From Gemmatimonadales bacterium (GTDB taxonomy: Bacteria; Gemmatimonadota; Gemmatimonadetes; Gemmatimonadales; GWC2-71-9), in assembly GCA_965249575.1 (NCBI GenBank), contig OZ252244.1, positions 416,001 to 480,000 on the forward strand: 64,000 nt of DNA. The letters are read 5' to 3'. A program made the translations under genes and the position numbers. Shown in pieces: positions 44,290-55,684 of this stretch; position 1 is the first letter of the stretch, and the number at the start of each line of letters is the position of its first letter. The notes under the pieces were generated by a model that was not told the origin of the DNA, made no database searches, and was given only the letters and a program-made list of their open reading frames with translations.

Positions 44290-46371
44290 TCAGGGGCCAC
44301 CCCCGATTTCGAGCCCGAGGTACACATTTCGCCCGGGAGCCGGCTCGAAGTAGCGTCCAAACCCGGCATTCACCCGTACCGCCCCCACATACGTTTCATC
44401 GAAGAGATTGTGCACGCCCGCGAACGGACTGAATGCCCAACCGGCGAGATGCCCGTCCCAACCGAACCGAATGCCCGTGGTCACCCACCCGTTATTTCTC
44501 GTGCTGTTCGCATCATCCAGGTAGGACGATGAGGAATGCGTGACGTCGACCGCCATCCAGAGTCGCGGGGGCGCTTCGAACCGCCCGGTCATGTGGAGGT
44601 AATGCTCGGGCACACCGGGGATCGTATTCCCATCGAAGATGTCGAGCGCCGTGCGGAACGATTCGAAGCGGTGGCGCGCCAGCGTATACGCCACGCGAAA
44701 TGAGACCCCCGGGAGCGGCCCCCCCCCGATCCCAATCTCGACGCCGCTGTGCGTAGACGAGCCCGCGTTGCGAAAGAACCGACGGCCGGGCTCGCCGGGG
44801 ACCTCGAAGGGGATCAGCTCGTCGCGCACCGCGGCCCGAAAAGCCGACACGCCGTAGTGCAACGCCTCGCCGACCCGGCCGCGAAGTCCCACTTCCACGG
44901 TCGTGGCGCTCTGCGCATTCAACCCCGGATTGAAGCCGCCGCCACCCTGGGGACGGTTGGCGAGCTCGGTCGTCGTGGGCGTCTCGAACGACGTTCCGAC
45001 ACTAGCGTAGGGCTCGGCCGCCACGTGGAGGCGCCAGGCGAGGCCCGCGGTACCCGACACAGCCGACATCGTCCGCTTCCCCGAATCATCCCCATCGCCC
45101 AACAGACGATCGCTCGCTTGGAAGGACACGAGATCCACCCGCGCCCCGACGGTCAGCGTGAGCGGCGGCACAGGCTGAACCGTCGCTTGGAGAAACGGAC
45201 CGACTTCCGTAACCCGCTCGACCTGGCTTCGCGTTTCCGCCACCCGTCCGGGATCAAAGTTCCGCCGGTCGTCTCGCTGGCGCTGCAGATCGAATCCCGC
45301 CGTGAGCAGCGACGACCCCAGCCCCGGCGGTCCCGCGAGGGTCGCGCTTGCCCTCGCGCCGTATGCCCAGCGGTCGAGATCGATGAACGCGAAGGACAGC
45401 TGATTTGCCAGCGTCCGCCGCAGGCCGAACAGCGTGACCGCAATCCGGCCGGCCGGCAGGGCATGTTGCAGCGTCACGCCGGCTTGGGACTGCGTCACGT
45501 CCTTGCCGGCGTCGGAGGAGAGGTTCCTGGGATTCGGGGCGGCCGGTGAGCTATCCGCCTCGGCAGCGTTCAGCCCGCCTGGATCCTGAAGGAGCGGCTG
45601 ATCGGCGACTTGGGCGCGCACGATGAGTTGGGTGCGCGAGCCAACCGCTTGGCCGACCCTGATGGAGAGTCGGCGCGTGTCTGCCCGGCTGTGTCTCCGG
45701 AAGCCGTCCAGCGTCGTTCGCGCAACCGACACGGACACGTAGCCGTTCCCCGCGGGAGCGACAACGCCCGCGCGCCATTTCTTGAGTCCATAGGCCCCCC
45801 CCACCATATGGGCCCGCGGCTCGGTTCGGTCTGGTCGAGTCGCCTCACTCCAGAGGCTCACCACGCCCCCGGACGCGTTGCCGTAGAGGGTGGAGGCCGA
45901 CGTTCGAAGCACCTCGATCGTCTCGATTTCAGCGAGATCGACGTTTGTCAGTTGACCCTGGCCGTCCGGGAGCGTTTGCGGAATGCCGTCCAGCAGCACC
46001 TTCAGCCCGCGAACGCCAAAGGCCGAGCGGGCGCCGAACCCGCGGATCGAGAGCTGCTGGTCTTGGGCGTAGTTGTGACGGTTCGCGACCAACACCCCGG
46101 GGATCCCGACGAGCGCCTCGTCGAGGCCAGCTGTCAGCCGTCCGCGCACGGCATCCCGCCGATCCAATACCGTCACCGCATACGGCACCCCGGTCATCGG
46201 TTGCGTCGTTCGCGTGACCGTGATCCGGATCGGATCGAGTAGCGCCGAGTCGCGGGGCTCCGCGCGGATCGTATCGGAGACGGGCTGTTGCGTGGCCCAT
46301 ATCGGCGCGACAACGACGCCGGAGGAGCACACGAATCCAAGGAAAGTGAGGAGGTACCACCGGAGTTTCAC
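44290..46371 (-). CDS. TonB-dependent receptor
   Basis: Plug (SIRGFGARSAFGVRG..DGIP, IEVLR...LYGNASGG); C-terminal NLFD..Y....RYFEPAPGRN. Confidence 0.92.
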   Translation of the reverse strand: MKLRWYLLTFLGFVCSSGVVVAPIWATQQPVSDTIRAEPRDSALLDPIRITVTRTTQPMTGVPYAVTVLDRRDAVRGRLTAGLDEALVGIPGVLVANRHNYAQDQQLSIRGFGARSAFGVRGLKVLLDGIPQTLPDGQGQLTNVDLAEIETIEVLRTSASTLYGNASGGVVSLWSEATRPDRTEPRAHMVGGAYGLKKWRAGVVAPAGNGYVSVSVARTTLDGFRRHSRADTRRLSIRVGQAVGSRTQLIVRAQVADQPLLQDPGGLNAAEADSSPAAPNPRNLSSDAGKDVTQSQAGVTLQHALPAGRIAVTLFGLRRTLANQLSFAFIDLDRWAYGARASATLAGPPGLGSSLLTAGFDLQRQRDDRRNFDPGRVAETRSQVERVTEVGPFLQATVQPVPPLTLTVGARVDLVSFQASDRLLGDGDDSGKRTMSAVSGTAGLAWRLHVAAEPYASVGTSFETPTTTELANRPQGGGGFNPGLNAQSATTVEVGLRGRVGEALHYGVSAFRAAVRDELIPFEVPGEPGRRFFRNAGSSTHSGVEIGIGGGPLPGVSFRVAYTLARHRFESFRTALDIFDGNTIPGVPEHYLHMTGRFEAPPRLWMAVDVTHSSSSYLDDANSTRNNGWVTTGIRFGWDGHLAGWAFSPFAGVHNLFDETYVGAVRVNAGFGRYFEPAPGRNVYLGLEIGGGP

Positions 46372-46475
46372 GTCGAGACCGTTCCTCCCTCGAGCCCAGC
46401 CGGCGAACTGCTTGCACCCTACGGGCTTGGCGGTCCAGGGCCATCCGCAGGCGTGCCAGAGGCGCCGGAGCGCTA

Positions 46476-46503
46476 TTGACAGGTGGCGTGCGGACCCCAT
46501 TAT
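46476..46503 (+). promoter_or_regulatory. Sigma70-type promoter for the SusC-like plug gene
   Basis: TTGACA-16 bp-CATTAT. Confidence 0.55.
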
Positions 46504-46638
46504 ACCTAGCCGGTAGGTTCCACGCAGGCGCCGATCCCCGGGAATCCCGCCCGGATCGCAGCCTCGAAGCCTCACTTGGTGTGGCTCTCATCCTGCTTGT
46601 GGCGCGTGCCGGCCCACATCGCGTGAGGAGGGCGCGTC

Positions 46639-47352
46639 ATGAACTTCATGTTTCGTGCGTTGGTTGTAGGACTCGCGAGCGTGGCGAGCGTGGCGAGCGC
46701 GGTCCAGGGGCAAACCCGCATCATAATCGGCCGGGTCACCGACTCGGTCACAACGCGTCCGGTCACCACCGGCGAGGTCGCGGTGTTGGGCACGGACCTC
46801 AAAGCCCCAATCAAGGAGGACGGTTCTTTCGTTCTCAGCGCCCCCATGCGAGAAATCACGCTTGGCGTGAAGGTGAAGGGGTTTCGGGACTCCGAGCTGG
46901 TCGTCTCTAGCGACCAGGACTTGGTTTCCATGAAGGTCACTCGCGACTACTTCGAACTCGACGCTGTGGTGGTGAGCGGACAGGCGACCGGAGTCGGGCG
47001 ACGGAACCTGGCCAACGCAATCGGGCAGGTTTCCGAAGAAGACTTGGCAAAATCCCCGCCTCAGAACATGGAGCAGGCGCTCAAGGGCAGGGTGCCGGGC
47101 GCTGAAATGCGATCGACCGGCATTCCCGGCGGTCAGGTGTTCCTGCGACTGCGCGGCGTATCCACGCTCCTGGGCCGTACGACGCCCCTGTTCATCGTGG
47201 ACGGCGTCACGGTGTCGAGCATCGACGACATCAATCCGAACGACGTCGCGAGCATCGAGGTGCTCAAAGGCGCATCGGCCGGCGCCATGTACGGCTCAAA
47301 GGGCTCGAATGGGGTGATAATCATCAAGACAAAGCGGGGCTCCTACCGCTAA
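46639..47352 (+). CDS. SusC-like N-terminal domain plus TonB plug, with no beta-barrel
   Basis: RBS GAGGAGG; signal peptide; PLFIVDG, DINPNDVASIEVLKGASAGAMYGS...GVIIIKTKRG, then stop. Confidence 0.85.
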   Translation: MNFMFRALVVGLASVASVASAVQGQTRIIIGRVTDSVTTRPVTTGEVAVLGTDLKAPIKEDGSFVLSAPMREITLGVKVKGFRDSELVVSSDQDLVSMKVTRDYFELDAVVVSGQATGVGRRNLANAIGQVSEEDLAKSPPQNMEQALKGRVPGAEMRSTGIPGGQVFLRLRGVSTLLGRTTPLFIVDGVTVSSIDDINPNDVASIEVLKGASAGAMYGSKGSNGVIIIKTKRGSYR

Positions 47353-47398
47353 GTCCCCGCCCCAACAGGAACCAAGCTCGTCATTGCCGCCTCGCCGA

Positions 47399-50122
47399 TC
47401 AGTTCGGCGAGGCGGCGATGTTTTCCAAGCGCCTCAGGGTCTCCCCCACGAGGCGCATCCGCTCGCCATACTCCGTCCAATTCCCCGTCCGCTGGGCCGC
47501 GATTGCCTGCTCGTAATGGCTGGAGGCCTCTCTCGCCAGATCGGCCACGCTCGGCCCTACGACGGTCGACGCCGTGGAGGCATCAGCGACGAGCGGTAGC
47601 CTCGGCACGGACTGGATCGATCCCCCAAATAGCCGCGTGAGGCCGCGGTCGAGCGTTTCCTCCATCACGACCTGGTTTTGGTAGGCGACGACCACCCGCT
47701 TGAGCTCCGGGATGCGCCCCCCCTCGGCCCGCAAGTAGAGCGCTTGCACGAAGATCAAGGACTCCTCAATGGGGATGACGAGGAGATTGCCCCGGATCAC
47801 CTCGGAGCCTCGCTGATCCCAAAGCGACACCTGTCGTGAGATCTCGGTATCCTGGTTGATGCGATTCAGGATCTGCGTCGGACCGAACACGAGGCTCTGG
47901 CGCGGGAAGCGATACACGATGAGCTGACCGTAGTCATCACCGTCGCTGCGCGCGACCATCCACGCCGCCAAGTTGTCCTTTTGTCGAGGGGTAAACGGCG
48001 TCATCGAGATGAACTCTTCCCGCCCTTCCCCGGGGAGTTTCATGATCATGCGCCGCAGGAAGGGATCGCGGGAACCCTGGACCGCCATGACCGGGATCTG
48101 CCACTGGTCCTCGCGATGATAGAAGATCTGCGGCGCATCCATATGGTAGGTCGTGTACAAAGCCGTTTGCGCGGCGAAGAGATCTTCGGGATACCGAATA
48201 TGGGCCTTGAGGTCGGCCGGCATCGCACTCAGCGGCTTGAACACGCCCTCGAACGCCCGGGCGTACGTCTGGATGATCGGGTCGTCGGGAACGGCGACAT
48301 AGGCCTGGAGATCACCGTCGTAGGCGTCCAGGACGACCTTCACGCTGTTCCGCAGGTAGTTCGTACCGTCAGCGAGCGGCTGAGCATACGGGTAGCGCGT
48401 CGAGCTCGTGTAGGCATCCAGGATCCATTTGAGCCGGCCGTCCTCCGCGATCACGAGATAGGGATCGTCGTCCCACCGCAGAAACGGAAGCGCCTTTTCG
48501 GCACGTTCCTGGATGTTGCGATAGAACAACACCTGGCTTTCCGCCGTGATGTCCTGCGACAGCAGAACCTTCAGCGATCGGAATCGAGCAGCGAGTAGGG
48601 CCCGACGCGCCAGCGAGCCGACGCGCACGCCGCCGTCTCCCTCATAGTTGGTGAACGCGTTGTCCTCGCCCGACGGGTAGTCGAACTCCTCCTGACGCGT
48701 GTTGACGAACACGTGGTCGTTGGAAAGCTCACCGTAATAGATGCCCGGGCGCGTCACCTGCAGGGAGACGCTCGACGAGGGAGGAAGGTCTTTTACGAAG
48801 AGAACCGGCAGGCCCTCCAGCGTGACCTGATTCACCGGACTCAGCGTGAGCCCCATGCCGTGCGTGAACGTCAACCGCTCGTTGATGAATGTTCGCGTGG
48901 GCAGCGACGCCGAGTTCAGCTCTCGCGGTGACAGCAGGACCTGTCGGTACTCGCCGTCGATCCAATAGCGATCGTCATCGACCGAAACGAAGTCGTAGTA
49001 TGTGCGGATTTCCTGGAGCTGCCCGAAGGTCTGCAACAGGGGATCTCGATCCCACAGGCGGACGTTCTTGATCGTCCCGCTGTTGATCTGGATATCGTCC
49101 AGGGAGAGCCGGGCCTCGCCGCTCAAATCGCGAACGAGCACGTCGTTCAGCCCCCACGCCCGCCGCGTCGCCGAGATGTGATGCTGGAGCTGCGGCGTCT
49201 CACGGACCAGCTCGTTCGGCGCCACGACCAAGCGCTGCACCACCGACGGCACGAAGGTACCGAGGACACCGGACACGATCACGTAGCCCACGACCGCGAT
49301 GAGGGTGTGCCGCAGCAGACGCCCGCTTCGAGCGCCCGCGATCACGACGCCGGCGCCGATCAGGGCAACCACCGCTGCCACCTTCAACAACGGGGCGCTC
49401 ACGGCTAGGTCGGTATAGCTCGCCCCGAACAGCGGTCCCGTGGTGGAATACACCAGCGACGGGATTCCAACGAAGTACACGTTCGCCGCGGTGAGGACGA
49501 AGAGCAGGGCCATCAGCACTGCGAGGTGAGTGCCGGCGGACGGCTCGATCCTCACTTGGCTCTTCGCAACCAAGATATCCCGCCGGAGCACGTAGATCGG
49601 CACCACCATGACGAGCACGAGAACCGTCAACGTCACGATGACCCCGAGCGCAGCGGAAACCGCGGGCAGCGTGAAGACATAGTATCCGACATCGCGCCCG
49701 AACACGGGGTCTGCGACATCGAACGGTACCTGGTTGACGAATCGTAAGAGCGTGAGCCAAATGCCCGACACCGAGACGCCGACCAGCAAGCCCAACAGCA
49801 GCGAGATGGGCAACACCAGCCGGCGGAGCACCCGGGTTAGGTCGATCATTGGGAGGTTGGGACTGAGGCTCACCACGACCGGATCGGGCACCAGGCCGCG
49901 CTGCGCGATCCGCAGATTCACGTAGAAGAACGCAAAAGCGAACAGGCCCGCGCCTGCGGCGAGTCCAGTCTTCGTTCCCAGCTGCGTCAGGAAGATCGTC
50001 TCGTAGCCGATCGTGCCGAACCACAGCCAGTCGGTCAGGAACCCAACAGCCACCGGGACGCCGATGGTGATCAGGAAGAAGGCACCCAGCAACACGATCA
50101 ATAGAGTGGGTCCGCGCTTCAT
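47399..50122 (-). CDS. UPF0182 family membrane protein
   Basis: TDWLWF, DPVFGRDVGYYVFTLP, NVRLWD, FTHGMG, NYLRNSVK, GNLLVIP. Confidence 0.92.
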   Translation of the reverse strand: MKRGPTLLIVLLGAFFLITIGVPVAVGFLTDWLWFGTIGYETIFLTQLGTKTGLAAGAGLFAFAFFYVNLRIAQRGLVPDPVVVSLSPNLPMIDLTRVLRRLVLPISLLLGLLVGVSVSGIWLTLLRFVNQVPFDVADPVFGRDVGYYVFTLPAVSAALGVIVTLTVLVLVMVVPIYVLRRDILVAKSQVRIEPSAGTHLAVLMALLFVLTAANVYFVGIPSLVYSTTGPLFGASYTDLAVSAPLLKVAAVVALIGAGVVIAGARSGRLLRHTLIAVVGYVIVSGVLGTFVPSVVQRLVVAPNELVRETPQLQHHISATRRAWGLNDVLVRDLSGEARLSLDDIQINSGTIKNVRLWDRDPLLQTFGQLQEIRTYYDFVSVDDDRYWIDGEYRQVLLSPRELNSASLPTRTFINERLTFTHGMGLTLSPVNQVTLEGLPVLFVKDLPPSSSVSLQVTRPGIYYGELSNDHVFVNTRQEEFDYPSGEDNAFTNYEGDGGVRVGSLARRALLAARFRSLKVLLSQDITAESQVLFYRNIQERAEKALPFLRWDDDPYLVIAEDGRLKWILDAYTSSTRYPYAQPLADGTNYLRNSVKVVLDAYDGDLQAYVAVPDDPIIQTYARAFEGVFKPLSAMPADLKAHIRYPEDLFAAQTALYTTYHMDAPQIFYHREDQWQIPVMAVQGSRDPFLRRMIMKLPGEGREEFISMTPFTPRQKDNLAAWMVARSDGDDYGQLIVYRFPRQSLVFGPTQILNRINQDTEISRQVSLWDQRGSEVIRGNLLVIPIEESLIFVQALYLRAEGGRIPELKRVVVAYQNQVVMEETLDRGLTRLFGGSIQSVPRLPLVADASTASTVVGPSVADLAREASSHYEQAIAAQRTGNWTEYGERMRLVGETLRRLENIAASPN

Positions 50123-50265
50123 TGCTACCCTCTTTTTCTCTGGGGAGCTGGTAAAGATAGTCACTGGACCGAACCGCCGTGAGAGACGCTCAGATATCTC
50201 ATGGGCCCCGTGGCCAAGCCAATGGGGTGCGGTTGTGAGTTCTGGTAGCGCGAGGGAACTTACCC

Positions 50266-51798
50266 ATGTTTGTGAGCCGACGAGACGACACTCGGATACG
50301 TGGCCCCGACGGAGCGACCGTCTCCCGCCGATGGGCGCTTGCGGCAGGCGTGCACACCGCGCTGCTCGCGGCCTGTGGGGGCGAACCCGTCAGGGAGCCG
50401 GCGAGCCTACCCAACCCGGGCGGCCCCGTCGTGGAGGTCGAGCGCCGCCCGGTGCCACACGTCGTGACGATCACCCCGGCGGAGTCCCTCGTCCTCGACC
50501 CCGTCGCTCCCACGAACGAGGTTCGCCTTCTCTTCTTCAGGGGCAGAGCCGCACACCCCGACTCTCGAGGTGGGGCATTGGTCCCGATTGGAGGCGGTGC
50601 GTTCCGGGTGAGCTCAGATCTTCGTTTCGAGCCCCTCGCCTTGCCCGGGGACCGGCGAGAGATCAGAAGCGTGGCGCCAGGGCCCGGTGGGGGGCATTGG
50701 CTGGCGACGGGCCAGGGTGAGGTCCTGCGCACCGACGCAACCGGCCAGATCGTCGCGAGCGCCGCGAGCCCCTTCGAGTTCCCCGCCCTCGCTTCGGATC
50801 TCGAGGGGGCCGCGTGGCTCGTCCGATCGCCCGGGCAGCTGTCACTCAAGCCGCCGGGCCTCGATTCCTACCCGCTGCTCTTCCGCGTCGCTCCCGACGG
50901 GGCGTTGGGCATCGGGCTGGGTACCGGCATGATCGCCCGGGACCGCGCGCTCAGTGGCCTCGCGAACTCCGGGTACGTCGCTACGGCAGGGGCAGCGGTC
51001 TTCTATGCCCCCTACCTGCGGGACGAACTGTTCGGCTTTTCAAGCTCTGGCAAGGACACGCTCTGGGTCGCCTCGCGAACACTCGTCCCCGCCCCCCCCC
51101 GCCCGGAAGTGGGGTTTGACCCGGACGCACCGGGCGGCGTGCGATACACGCCGGTGCAACTCGGCCTTGCGGTCGGCCCTGACGGCCGCCTCTACGCATT
51201 GTCCGCTCATTCGTCCGGCGCGAGGCTCGACGTCCTCGATATGGCGAGCGGTGAGATTGTGCGGTCGACGTCAGGCCTGACCACCGAGAGCACCGTCGCC
51301 GCCGACTCGAGCGGGCGTGTGTATCTCCTCGACGATTGGGAGCTACCGGCGAGCGTCTCGACACGGCCCAGGCCCGAGTTCCGCCCGTTCGATCTCGAGT
51401 TACTCGCGGGCGGCCGACTGACCTCGGAGCACATCCGGGGGAAAGTGGCCTTGATCAACCTCTGGGCCAGCTGGTGCCTCCCCTGCCGGGTCGAGATGCC
51501 CGCCTTGGATCGCCTGCGGCACGCCATCCAGCACCCGGACTTCGTCTTTCTCACCATGAATGAAGACGTGCGGCGCCCGGACGCGACGCGTTTCCTCAGC
51601 GAGTTCGACTTCGATTTTCCGGTGCTACTGGGCGGTGGCAAACTAAAGGCCCATTACCACTACGTTGGCCTGCCGATGACCTTCCTGGTCGATCGAAATG
51701 GCCGGATCGCCGGTCGCTGGATCGGCTTCGCAGGAGACAGGCAAGTGGAGATGATCGAAGTGATGGTGCGAAACGAGGTAAAAAACGGTGAGATGTGA
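50266..51798 (+). CDS. Lipoprotein with a beta-propeller-like region and a C-terminal TlpA/thioredoxin domain
   Basis: LLAAC lipobox; NLWASWCLPCRVEMP; GLPMTFLVDRNG. Confidence 0.85.
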   Translation: MFVSRRDDTRIRGPDGATVSRRWALAAGVHTALLAACGGEPVREPASLPNPGGPVVEVERRPVPHVVTITPAESLVLDPVAPTNEVRLLFFRGRAAHPDSRGGALVPIGGGAFRVSSDLRFEPLALPGDRREIRSVAPGPGGGHWLATGQGEVLRTDATGQIVASAASPFEFPALASDLEGAAWLVRSPGQLSLKPPGLDSYPLLFRVAPDGALGIGLGTGMIARDRALSGLANSGYVATAGAAVFYAPYLRDELFGFSSSGKDTLWVASRTLVPAPPRPEVGFDPDAPGGVRYTPVQLGLAVGPDGRLYALSAHSSGARLDVLDMASGEIVRSTSGLTTESTVAADSSGRVYLLDDWELPASVSTRPRPEFRPFDLELLAGGRLTSEHIRGKVALINLWASWCLPCRVEMPALDRLRHAIQHPDFVFLTMNEDVRRPDATRFLSEFDFDFPVLLGGGKLKAHYHYVGLPMTFLVDRNGRIAGRWIGFAGDRQVEMIEVMVRNEVKNGEM

Positions 51799-51905
51799 GT
51801 GGTGAATGGTGAGTGGTGAGTGGTGAGTGATTGGCCCGCAATGTCAGTCTCGTCCGGAAAGGATATGATGGGGCCCAGTCGATAGCGTCGGCCAGATTTC
51901 GAGCC

Positions 51906-52139
51906 ATGGAGAGCTATCGCTCGCTCGTCGTGTGGCAGCTGGCTCACCAACTCTGCCTGGGGATCCTTCGGGCTACTGATATCCCCTCCCACCCAAGAGT
52001 GCGCCCAGGCGAGATGGGATATCTGTCCTCGAACGTGGCAAACGACCTTCAAGCTGCTGTGGATCTGACTATGCCGCCGCTCGTTGGACTGCTCCGGAGT
52101 TTCGATCACCAGGACCGGCGTACCCAGTCACCGAGATAA
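51906..52139 (+). pseudogene. Internally deleted four-helix-bundle (23S-IVS-protein/bAvd-like) gene flanked by inverted heptamer arrays
   Basis: MESYRSLVVWQLAHQL...ILRAT and MGYLS...LVGLLRS are retained, while the central SIP.NIAEG region is missing; GTGAGTG repeats at 51796-51830 and CACTCAC repeats at 52143-52172. Confidence 0.75.
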
Positions 52140-52167
52140 TCATCACTGACCACTCACCACTCACTAC

Positions 52168-54558
52168 TCACTTCTCGCCTCTCAGTTTGCGTTCGATGAT
52201 TTTCGTCACGAGCTCCGGGTTCGCCCTTCCCCCACTCTCCTTCATTACCTGGCCCACGAAGAACCCCAACATTCCCGTCCGGCCCGCTCGGAACTGCTCC
52301 GCCTTGTCCGAGTGAGCGGCGATCAACCGATCGACGATGGACTCCAGTGTGCCGACGTCGCTCACCTGGCGGAGTTTCTTGCGCTCAACGATCTCCGCCG
52401 GGTCGCCACCTCCTTCGACCATCTCGGCGAAGATCTCCTTCGCCGTGGGCCTGGATATCACGCCATCATCGATCAACGCCACCAACTTCCCCAGCTGTCC
52501 CCCGGAGACCGGCAACACCTTTATCCGTTTCTCCTTGAAGACTCGTAGCACGTCGTTGATCACCCACGCCGCAATCGCCTTGGGATTACCGTGCTCGGTC
52601 AGCGCCTCCTCGAAGAACTCCGCGACGGCGAGGTCGGCCGTGAGAACTCGCGCCTGGTCGGCCGTCAAGCCCAGCTCCTCGGTATACCTGCTGAGATCGG
52701 CAGCCTGCCCGGTTGGCGTGGGCCGTAGCCGCTGGCGGGCGTCGGCTTTCCGGCGCCGGGGTTTCGCGCGGGCCTGTTTCGGCACCGGCCGCTTTGGCGT
52801 TTTGGAAACCCCGGATTCCTTCCCCGCGACCTTCGCCCACGTGTCCCGCAGGCCGACCGTTCGGTTAAACACCAACGCGCTCGAGGACGAATCCTCGACG
52901 TCGCTGCAGAAGAAGCCCTGGCGCTCGAACTGATACCGGGTGCCCGGAGGGTCGGACGCGACGCTCGGCTCGATCCGGCACCCCGCCAGGATGATCTCGG
53001 ACTCGGGGTTCAGGTTCCCGGTCAGATCACCATCGGCCCCGCCTTCGTCGGGATCCTCCGAGCGGAACAGCCGGTCGTAGAGCCGGACCTCCGCCGGGAG
53101 CGAGTGCGTCGCTGACACCCAATGCAGCGTCCCCTTCACCTTCCTTCCGTCGGGGGCTCCGCCGCCACGGGTCTCGGGATCGTATGTACACCGGATCTCG
53201 ACGATCTCTCCCGACTCCGAATCTTTGACCACGTCCTCACATTGGATGTAATAGGCGTAGCGGAGGCGCACCTCCCGGCCAGGAGCCAACCGGAAGAAGT
53301 TCTTCGGCGGGTCCTCACGAAAGTCGTCGCGTTCTATATACAGCTCGCGGGAGAACGGAACCGTGCGCGATCCCTCTTTTGGGACATCGTGCGGATAGTA
53401 CGGCGCCTCCAGTGTCTCCGTGCGACCCTCTGGATAGTTGGTGATGACCACACGTAACGGCCGCAGTACACCCAGTACCCGAGGCACCTTCTGATTCAGG
53501 TCGTCCCGAATGCAGTATTCCAGCTTCTCGATATCCACCCGACTGTCGACTCTCGCCACGCCGATCAGATCGCAGAAGCGCTGAATCGCCTCTGGGGTTA
53601 CCCCACGCCGGCGGAGACCCGCGATCGTCGGCATCCGGGGATCGTCCCATCCGCGGACGTGCTTCCCCTGCACGAGCGCGATCAACTTGCGCTTACTCAG
53701 TACCGTATGGGCGAGGTTCAGCCGGGCGAACTCGATCTGCTGCGGATGGCACTCGACGGTGGTCGCATCCAGCACCCAGTCGTACAACTCTCGATTGTCT
53801 TTGAACTCCAGCGTGCAGAGCGAATGCGTGATGCCCTCGATCGAGTCCGACAGACAGTGCGTGAAATCGTACAGTGGGTAAACGCACCAGGCGTCCCCAC
53901 TCCGGTAATGGGTCGCGTGACGGATTCGGTACAGCACGGGATCCCGCATGAGCATGTTCGGTGCGGCCATGTCGATCTTGGCCCGCAGCACGTACGCGCC
54001 ATCGGCGAACTCGCCGGACCGCATCCGTGCAAACAAGCTCAGGTTCTCCTCGACCGATCGGTTCCGATGAGGACTCTCGCGCCCGGGCTCGGTGACCGTA
54101 CCCCGATACTCTCGGATCTCGTCCCCGGTCAGACTATCGACGTATGCCTTGCGGGACTGGATCAAACGAACCGCTAGCTCATAGAGGCGCTCGAAATAAT
54201 CGGAGGCGTAGAAGAGCCGGTCCCCCCAGTCGAACCCGAGCCACCGCACGTCTCGTTGAATGGCTTCGGCATACCGCGTTTCTTCCGTCTCGGGATTCGT
54301 GTCATCGAATCGCAGGTGGCACACGCCACCGGGGTTTTCGCGCGCGATCCCGAAGTTGAGGCAGATCGACTTGGCGTGCCCGATGTGCAGATAGCCGTTG
54401 GGCTCCGGGGGAAACCGGGTCACGACCTCCCCGCCGTGCTTCCCCGTGCGACGGTCCTCGGCCACGATCGTTCGAATGAAATCGCGTGGAGCGTCGCCCG
54501 ATGGCTCGCCGGGGCATCCCCCGGCGGCAGCCTCGCTATGGACGTCTGGTGGATTCAT
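52168..54558 (-). CDS. glnS: Glutamine--tRNA ligase with C-terminal YqeY/GatB-like domain
   Basis: [38 protein letters not shown]-terminus [17 protein letters not shown]. Confidence 0.97.
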   Translation of the reverse strand: MNPPDVHSEAAAGGCPGEPSGDAPRDFIRTIVAEDRRTGKHGGEVVTRFPPEPNGYLHIGHAKSICLNFGIARENPGGVCHLRFDDTNPETEETRYAEAIQRDVRWLGFDWGDRLFYASDYFERLYELAVRLIQSRKAYVDSLTGDEIREYRGTVTEPGRESPHRNRSVEENLSLFARMRSGEFADGAYVLRAKIDMAAPNMLMRDPVLYRIRHATHYRSGDAWCVYPLYDFTHCLSDSIEGITHSLCTLEFKDNRELYDWVLDATTVECHPQQIEFARLNLAHTVLSKRKLIALVQGKHVRGWDDPRMPTIAGLRRRGVTPEAIQRFCDLIGVARVDSRVDIEKLEYCIRDDLNQKVPRVLGVLRPLRVVITNYPEGRTETLEAPYYPHDVPKEGSRTVPFSRELYIERDDFREDPPKNFFRLAPGREVRLRYAYYIQCEDVVKDSESGEIVEIRCTYDPETRGGGAPDGRKVKGTLHWVSATHSLPAEVRLYDRLFRSEDPDEGGADGDLTGNLNPESEIILAGCRIEPSVASDPPGTRYQFERQGFFCSDVEDSSSSALVFNRTVGLRDTWAKVAGKESGVSKTPKRPVPKQARAKPRRRKADARQRLRPTPTGQAADLSRYTEELGLTADQARVLTADLAVAEFFEEALTEHGNPKAIAAWVINDVLRVFKEKRIKVLPVSGGQLGKLVALIDDGVISRPTAKEIFAEMVEGGGDPAEIVERKKLRQVSDVGTLESIVDRLIAAHSDKAEQFRAGRTGMLGFFVGQVMKESGGRANPELVTKIIERKLRGEK

Positions 54559-54695
54559 GGGCGATCGGGTTGCGTACGCGTTGCTCCCGAGCGCCGTCAG
54601 GGGCGCAGGAGACATTCTGACTCGGAGCACCGAGCCCGGATCTTGTGAAAGGTAGTGCCCCCCGCAAGGGCGGAGACGGGGTTAATTCATGCCCC

Positions 54696-55556
54696 CTAGG
54701 GCGGACCGGACCGGTATCGCGTGAGTCGGGCCCGCTTGCTCCTTCCCTCATCCGAAAGACAAAGCGACGAGTCGGAGAGAAACGTAATGCCCTCGGCTTT
54801 CCGGTGCGCACCGTCGGGGAACGTGAGCACGCCGAGCAGGACGCCCGCAGGCGTAATCTCGGCGATCGCCTCCTGGCGAGCGGCCACCACGAAATACGTA
54901 CCGGTGCCGGGGTGTCGCTCGATGCCCGACGGCGCGAACGCGCGCTCGCCCAGCGACCTCTTGAATGCATCGAGCGGGACCAGTATAGGAAGGCCTTCGA
55001 CCCGCTCGCGGCGGTCTACAGACCAGCGATAGATCGCCACGTAGTCCTCGAGCTCCCGCACGCGCGGGGTCTTGCACAGCATGAGTGGTGTCCGGTCGCT
55101 CGGCTCGAACGCCAGTCCTTCCACCTCGCAGCCTCGCCCCACGTCGGTGGCGAACGTATTCACGAGCACGTGCTCCCCGTCCGCACCCTCGGGCACTTCG
55201 TAGAGGGTGCCGTCACTCGTCACCATGAAGAAGTGATCGTCCACGACCGCGATGCCTTCGAAATCGTCTTTCGGCACCGGCGAGCCGAGGGCGAATGACT
55301 TGAGCACGCCGCCGTCCGTTGGGTCGAGCTCGTAGACGATCCCCCGCTCATCATCGTGGGTGAAGAGGCGGTCATCCGCGGTTGCTGCCAACCCCGACAC
55401 CTCTCGGAGGCGCCGGGGCAGCTTCCAGGACTCCTTGCGCTCACCGGTGAACGAGTAGCGGGTGAGCGCACCGCCGGCTTCTTCCTGCACCGGCTGGGCG
55501 CAGGCCGGTGTCAGCGCGGAGACGGTCAGCACCTGAAACAGCGAGAGCCATCGCAC
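54696..55556 (-). CDS. SdiA-regulated/YjiK-like beta-propeller protein (start uncertain)
   Basis: LREVSGLA, HDDE, DFEGIA, VEGLAF, PSGIE, AEGITF, SDEG repeats. Confidence 0.75.
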   Translation of the reverse strand: MRWLSLFQVLTVSALTPACAQPVQEEAGGALTRYSFTGERKESWKLPRRLREVSGLAATADDRLFTHDDERGIVYELDPTDGGVLKSFALGSPVPKDDFEGIAVVDDHFFMVTSDGTLYEVPEGADGEHVLVNTFATDVGRGCEVEGLAFEPSDRTPLMLCKTPRVRELEDYVAIYRWSVDRRERVEGLPILVPLDAFKRSLGERAFAPSGIERHPGTGTYFVVAARQEAIAEITPAGVLLGVLTFPDGAHRKAEGITFLSDSSLCLSDEGRSKRARLTRYRSGPP

Positions 55557-55684
55557 ACAGGTGGCAAGGCGTTCTAACGTTGATACTAACGGCAATGCCC
55601 CAGGCCGTCCTCGCGGCGGGTGAGCGTAGCGGCGTATGACGTGCTGGTGGTGTTCGAGTACCGAGCGCCGGCCCTGTCGATCGA

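Noticed and set aside
51906..52139. Diversity-generating retroelement (Avd-like gene)
   Set aside because: No reverse transcriptase and no TR/VR pair with adenine-specific mismatches seen in the window
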